From an uncultured Lachnospiraceae bacterium (GTDB lineage: Bacteria; Bacillota; Clostridia; Lachnospirales; Lachnospiraceae): DNA of 45,484 nt. The stretch is taken from contig CAZAUP010000001.1 in assembly GCA_964488415.1 (NCBI GenBank), forward strand, positions 1 through 45,484. Direction: 5' to 3'. This document shows, piece by piece, positions 43,209 through 45,484 of this stretch. The stretch's first letter is position 1. Each line of letters opens with the position of its first letter. Under the pieces are notes generated by a model, which saw only the letters and a program-made list of their open reading frames with translations, made no database searches and was not told where the DNA came from. The position numbers were made by a program, and so were the translations under genes.

Positions 43209-43707
43209 TGGTGTAATTCTCAAGCGTCTTTTGATATGCGGCAAAGCCACCGCCTTCAATCAGCTTTAACAGCTCGTCCGCGGTCCGTAGGGCGAGGACC
43301 AGCTGTTTACCTGTAATCAGTCCTTTTTCAAAGGCTTCCGCGGCCTCCTCCAAATCTAAAATCCGTACCGTACCGTCTGCCTCCACGGTGATGTCGATTA
43401 ATAAATCCTCCATGGTGTAGGAAACGGTATTCGTCTGTGTATCTTTATCGATATACATATTCATAATATCACAGTACCAGTGAAAAAGGCTTCCGTCCGC
43501 CCTGGCAACCCTGGTAATTTTCCAATGCTTTTTAAAATCAAAGAATGAAATGCCGGAGGCAAAGTCGTTCCGGGGCTTTAGGGTGCGCCAGCGGGTGATG
43601 AGGCTTGCTTCGTCCAAATACAGGATTTCATCATCGGAAAGAAGGATTTTTTCTTCCGGAATGTGTCGGACACGGTATAATTGAATGGAAGTACACGAAT
43701 CGTTCAT
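43195..43707 (-). CDS. DUF402-domain protein (nucleoside tri/diphosphatase-like)
   Basis: Start at 43707 (MNDSCTSIQLYRV, GAAAGGAG RBS). HWYCDI motif and size typical of DUF402/FomD-like proteins. Confidence 0.55.
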   Translation of the reverse strand: MNDSCTSIQLYRVRHIPEEKILLSDDEILYLDEASLITRWRTLKPRNDFASGISFFDFKKHWKITRVARADGSLFHWYCDIMNMYIDKDTQTNTVSYTMEDLLIDITVEADGTVRILDLEEAAEAFEKGLITGKQLVLALRTADELLKLIEGGGFAAYQKTLENYTKGVS

Positions 43708-43899
43708 AAGAGCTCCTTTCGTTGCATAAACGCGGGCAGGCGTGTGTCTGATGTGAGCTTTAGTATACCACGTATGAGGGAGTATTGCAATACTAACCAG
43801 GAAGGAAGACAAGCATTCAAATGGAAATAAGGTATGTGATTTTTTTCACAAAAAAGGAGAGCCTGTCATAAAATTAATTGTGAAATCTGCATAAAAAAC

Positions 43900-43928
43900 T
43901 ATACATAAATTGAAAATTATGGTACAAT
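43900..43928 (+). promoter_or_regulatory. atp operon promoter with extended -10 (TATACA-17-TGgTACAAT)
   Basis: TACAAT at 43923-43928 preceded by TGG. -35-like hexamer at 43900-43905. Confidence 0.4.
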
Positions 43929-43970
43929 ATCTTTGTCGGTTTTTGTCTGATTGGATTGACCGCGAAGTGA

Positions 43971-44288
43971 ATGGGAGGCGTGAAAGTGAGAAACAATAAA
44001 GTACTGAAAGCGTTGATGCTGGTGTCCCAGCTGGGAATCAGCATGATGGTTCCGATTTTTCTTTGTGTTTTTGCCGGGAGTTTTTTTGATAAAAGGGCAG
44101 GAACCGGCTGCTTTTTTCCGCTTTTTTTGCTTCTCGGTATAGCAGCAGCCTTTCGAAACGTATACTATCTCTTAAAACCGTTTTATGCAAAGGATAAGGC
44201 GCGTGAGGATGCAGAGCTTGCCTATATCGAGCGGTTAAAGGAGGAAGGCAGAAGGATGGCGGAGCAGAAAAGGTCAGGGAAACAGTAA
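43971..44288 (+). CDS. atpZ: AtpZ/ATPase_gene1-family small membrane protein
   Basis: Two TM helices (LMLVSQLGISMMVPIFLCVFAG, FFPLFLLLGIAAAF) and a position at the head of the atp operon. The start is uncertain (GTG 43986 is also possible). Confidence 0.6.
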   Translation: MGGVKVRNNKVLKALMLVSQLGISMMVPIFLCVFAGSFFDKRAGTGCFFPLFLLLGIAAAFRNVYYLLKPFYAKDKAREDAELAYIERLKEEGRRMAEQKRSGKQ

Positions 44289-44300
44289 GGAGTCTTTGGG

Positions 44301-44816
44301 ATGAAAGAAGAGATGAAGGAGCATACCACAGGCTGGCAGTATGATTTTGATGAGGAGTATGGGGAAAACAATGAATTTGTGGAAGAAACGCCGGTGCTCA
44401 CAAGACAGGAGCAGGAGGCACAGGTGAAGCAGACCCTGCAGGAGCTCTATATAGGGATTGTGTGCAGTACGGTGCTGCTGCTGGGAATCGGGAATTTTAT
44501 TTTGGGCGGCAGTTTTTTCTTTACCCTGGGTGTGCTGGCGGGTGCTATAACGGCAGTGTGTCTTGCGGGTTATATGTATCATTCTGTACTGGTTGCTACA
44601 GAGTATCCTGAAAAGCAGGCAGCGGGTTATATGAAGCGTGCGTCTGCGATACGATTGGTAATTATGATTGCGGTCATTGGCTTGTCCATATGTTTTTTTC
44701 AATTGTATGGTTTCTTTGGGACAGTTTTAGGCATACTTACCTTAAAGCTGTCTGCATTAGCGTGGCCGGTCGTTCATAAATACAACCCGTTTAAGGGAAA
44801 AAGTAAAGCGCGCTGA
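44301..44816 (+). CDS. atpI: ATP synthase protein I-like membrane protein
   Basis: 171 aa, acidic N-terminus then four hydrophobic helices. Located directly upstream of atpB. Confidence 0.55.
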   Translation: MKEEMKEHTTGWQYDFDEEYGENNEFVEETPVLTRQEQEAQVKQTLQELYIGIVCSTVLLLGIGNFILGGSFFFTLGVLAGAITAVCLAGYMYHSVLVATEYPEKQAAGYMKRASAIRLVIMIAVIGLSICFFQLYGFFGTVLGILTLKLSALAWPVVHKYNPFKGKSKAR

Positions 44817-44849
44817 AAAGCGTAGAATAAAGGAAAGGAGTGTGATAAC

Positions 44850-45484
44850 GTGGGAACTGGAATAGCAGCTCGGAGCGTGTTTCTTTCTCAGGATGTGGAT
44901 ATCGGGATCACCGGTTATTTCCATTTTGATATTGGCGGACAGACGCTTTGGATTACGACGACTCATGTGAGCCTTTTGCTTGTTGTGATTGCGCTGACTA
45001 TTTTTGCACTATTTGCGAATCGTGCGATAAAAAAGGCAAATCCGGAGGATGTGCCGGGACCGTTTCTGAATGTGCTGGAATTGCTTGTCGAGTCGGTTGA
45101 CAATCTGACAAAATCCAACATGGGAAAGCGCGGCATCAGGTTTTCAAACTATATTGGTACGCTGTTTATTGTTGTGATAGTCTGCAATATCAGCGGCTTG
45201 TTCGGACTGCGGCCGCCGACGGCTGACTATGGTGTAACCCTGCCGCTCGCCCTGATTACCTTTGTACTCATTCATTACAATGGTTTTAAGTATGAAAAGG
45301 CCGGTCATGTGACGAAGCTGTTCAGTCCGATTGTGCTTACCCCGATTAACATTATCGGTGAGATTGCTACCCCGATTTCAATGTCTCTTCGTCTGTTCGG
45401 TAATATTTTATCCGGTACAGTTATGATGGGCTTGATTTACGGTCTGGTACCAAAGCTCATTCAGGCATTTATCTGGCCGCTGCT
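44850..45484 (+). CDS. atpB: F0F1 ATP synthase subunit a (partial, runs off the window end)
   Basis: Not in the ORF track because it is open-ended. GTG 44850 behind AAAGGAAAGGAG. My translation of this frame ends with ...PISMSLRLFGNILSG, the subunit-a signature with the essential Arg. Confidence 0.85.
   Translation, partial: MGTGIAARSVFLSQDVDIGITGYFHFDIGGQTLWITTTHVSLLLVVIALTIFALFANRAIKKANPEDVPGPFLNVLELLVESVDNLTKSNMGKRGIRFSNYIGTLFIVVIVCNISGLFGLRPPTADYGVTLPLALITFVLIHYNGFKYEKAGHVTKLFSPIVLTPINIIGEIATPISMSLRLFGNILSGTVMMGLIYGLVPKLIQAFIWPL

Overview
This is a Firmicutes/Clostridia-style chromosomal segment. The evidence is GGAGG ribosome-binding sites, Cys-lipobox lipoproteins, mecA, cwlD, and ywlC-rpiB-atp synteny. 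No rRNA, tRNA, CRISPR array or mobile element was found.

Layout:
- 1-4.6 kb: a COG2984-type ABC importer (SBP, permease, ATPase) followed by a second paralogous SBP gene, then a cinA/pncC-like gene.
- 5.3-36.2 kb: a glucuronoxylan utilisation island. It contains a GH67 alpha-glucuronidase / uxuA / CE15 esterase lipoprotein operon, a GH43 xylosidase, a catalytic-domain-free tandem-CBM lipoprotein, an AraC regulator, a 13-kb nine-gene envelope operon, two GH10 xylanases (one lipoprotein, one cytoplasmic) and a GH3 enzyme. adhE plus an APH-like kinase gene is wedged into the island at 12.0-15.4 kb.
- 36.3-45.5 kb: housekeeping and sporulation genes (mecA, a Ser/Thr kinase, a GH18/SH3 wall hydrolase, cwlD, tsaC/ywlC, rpiB, a DUF402-like gene, atpZ-atpI-atpB).

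The best candidate for an undescribed system is the operon at 18418-31444. Two complete CUT1-type ABC importers (each with an SBP and two permeases, and no ATPase gene) bracket three translationally coupled extracytoplasmic or membrane proteins of unknown function. These are an NHL-propeller/TPR single-pass protein, a 5-TM Yip1-like protein and an 846-aa lipoprotein. The first SBP of the operon is a 974-aa membrane-anchored fusion of two CBM-like repeats, a helical region and an SBP domain.

All family calls come from reading motifs by eye. No searches were run.
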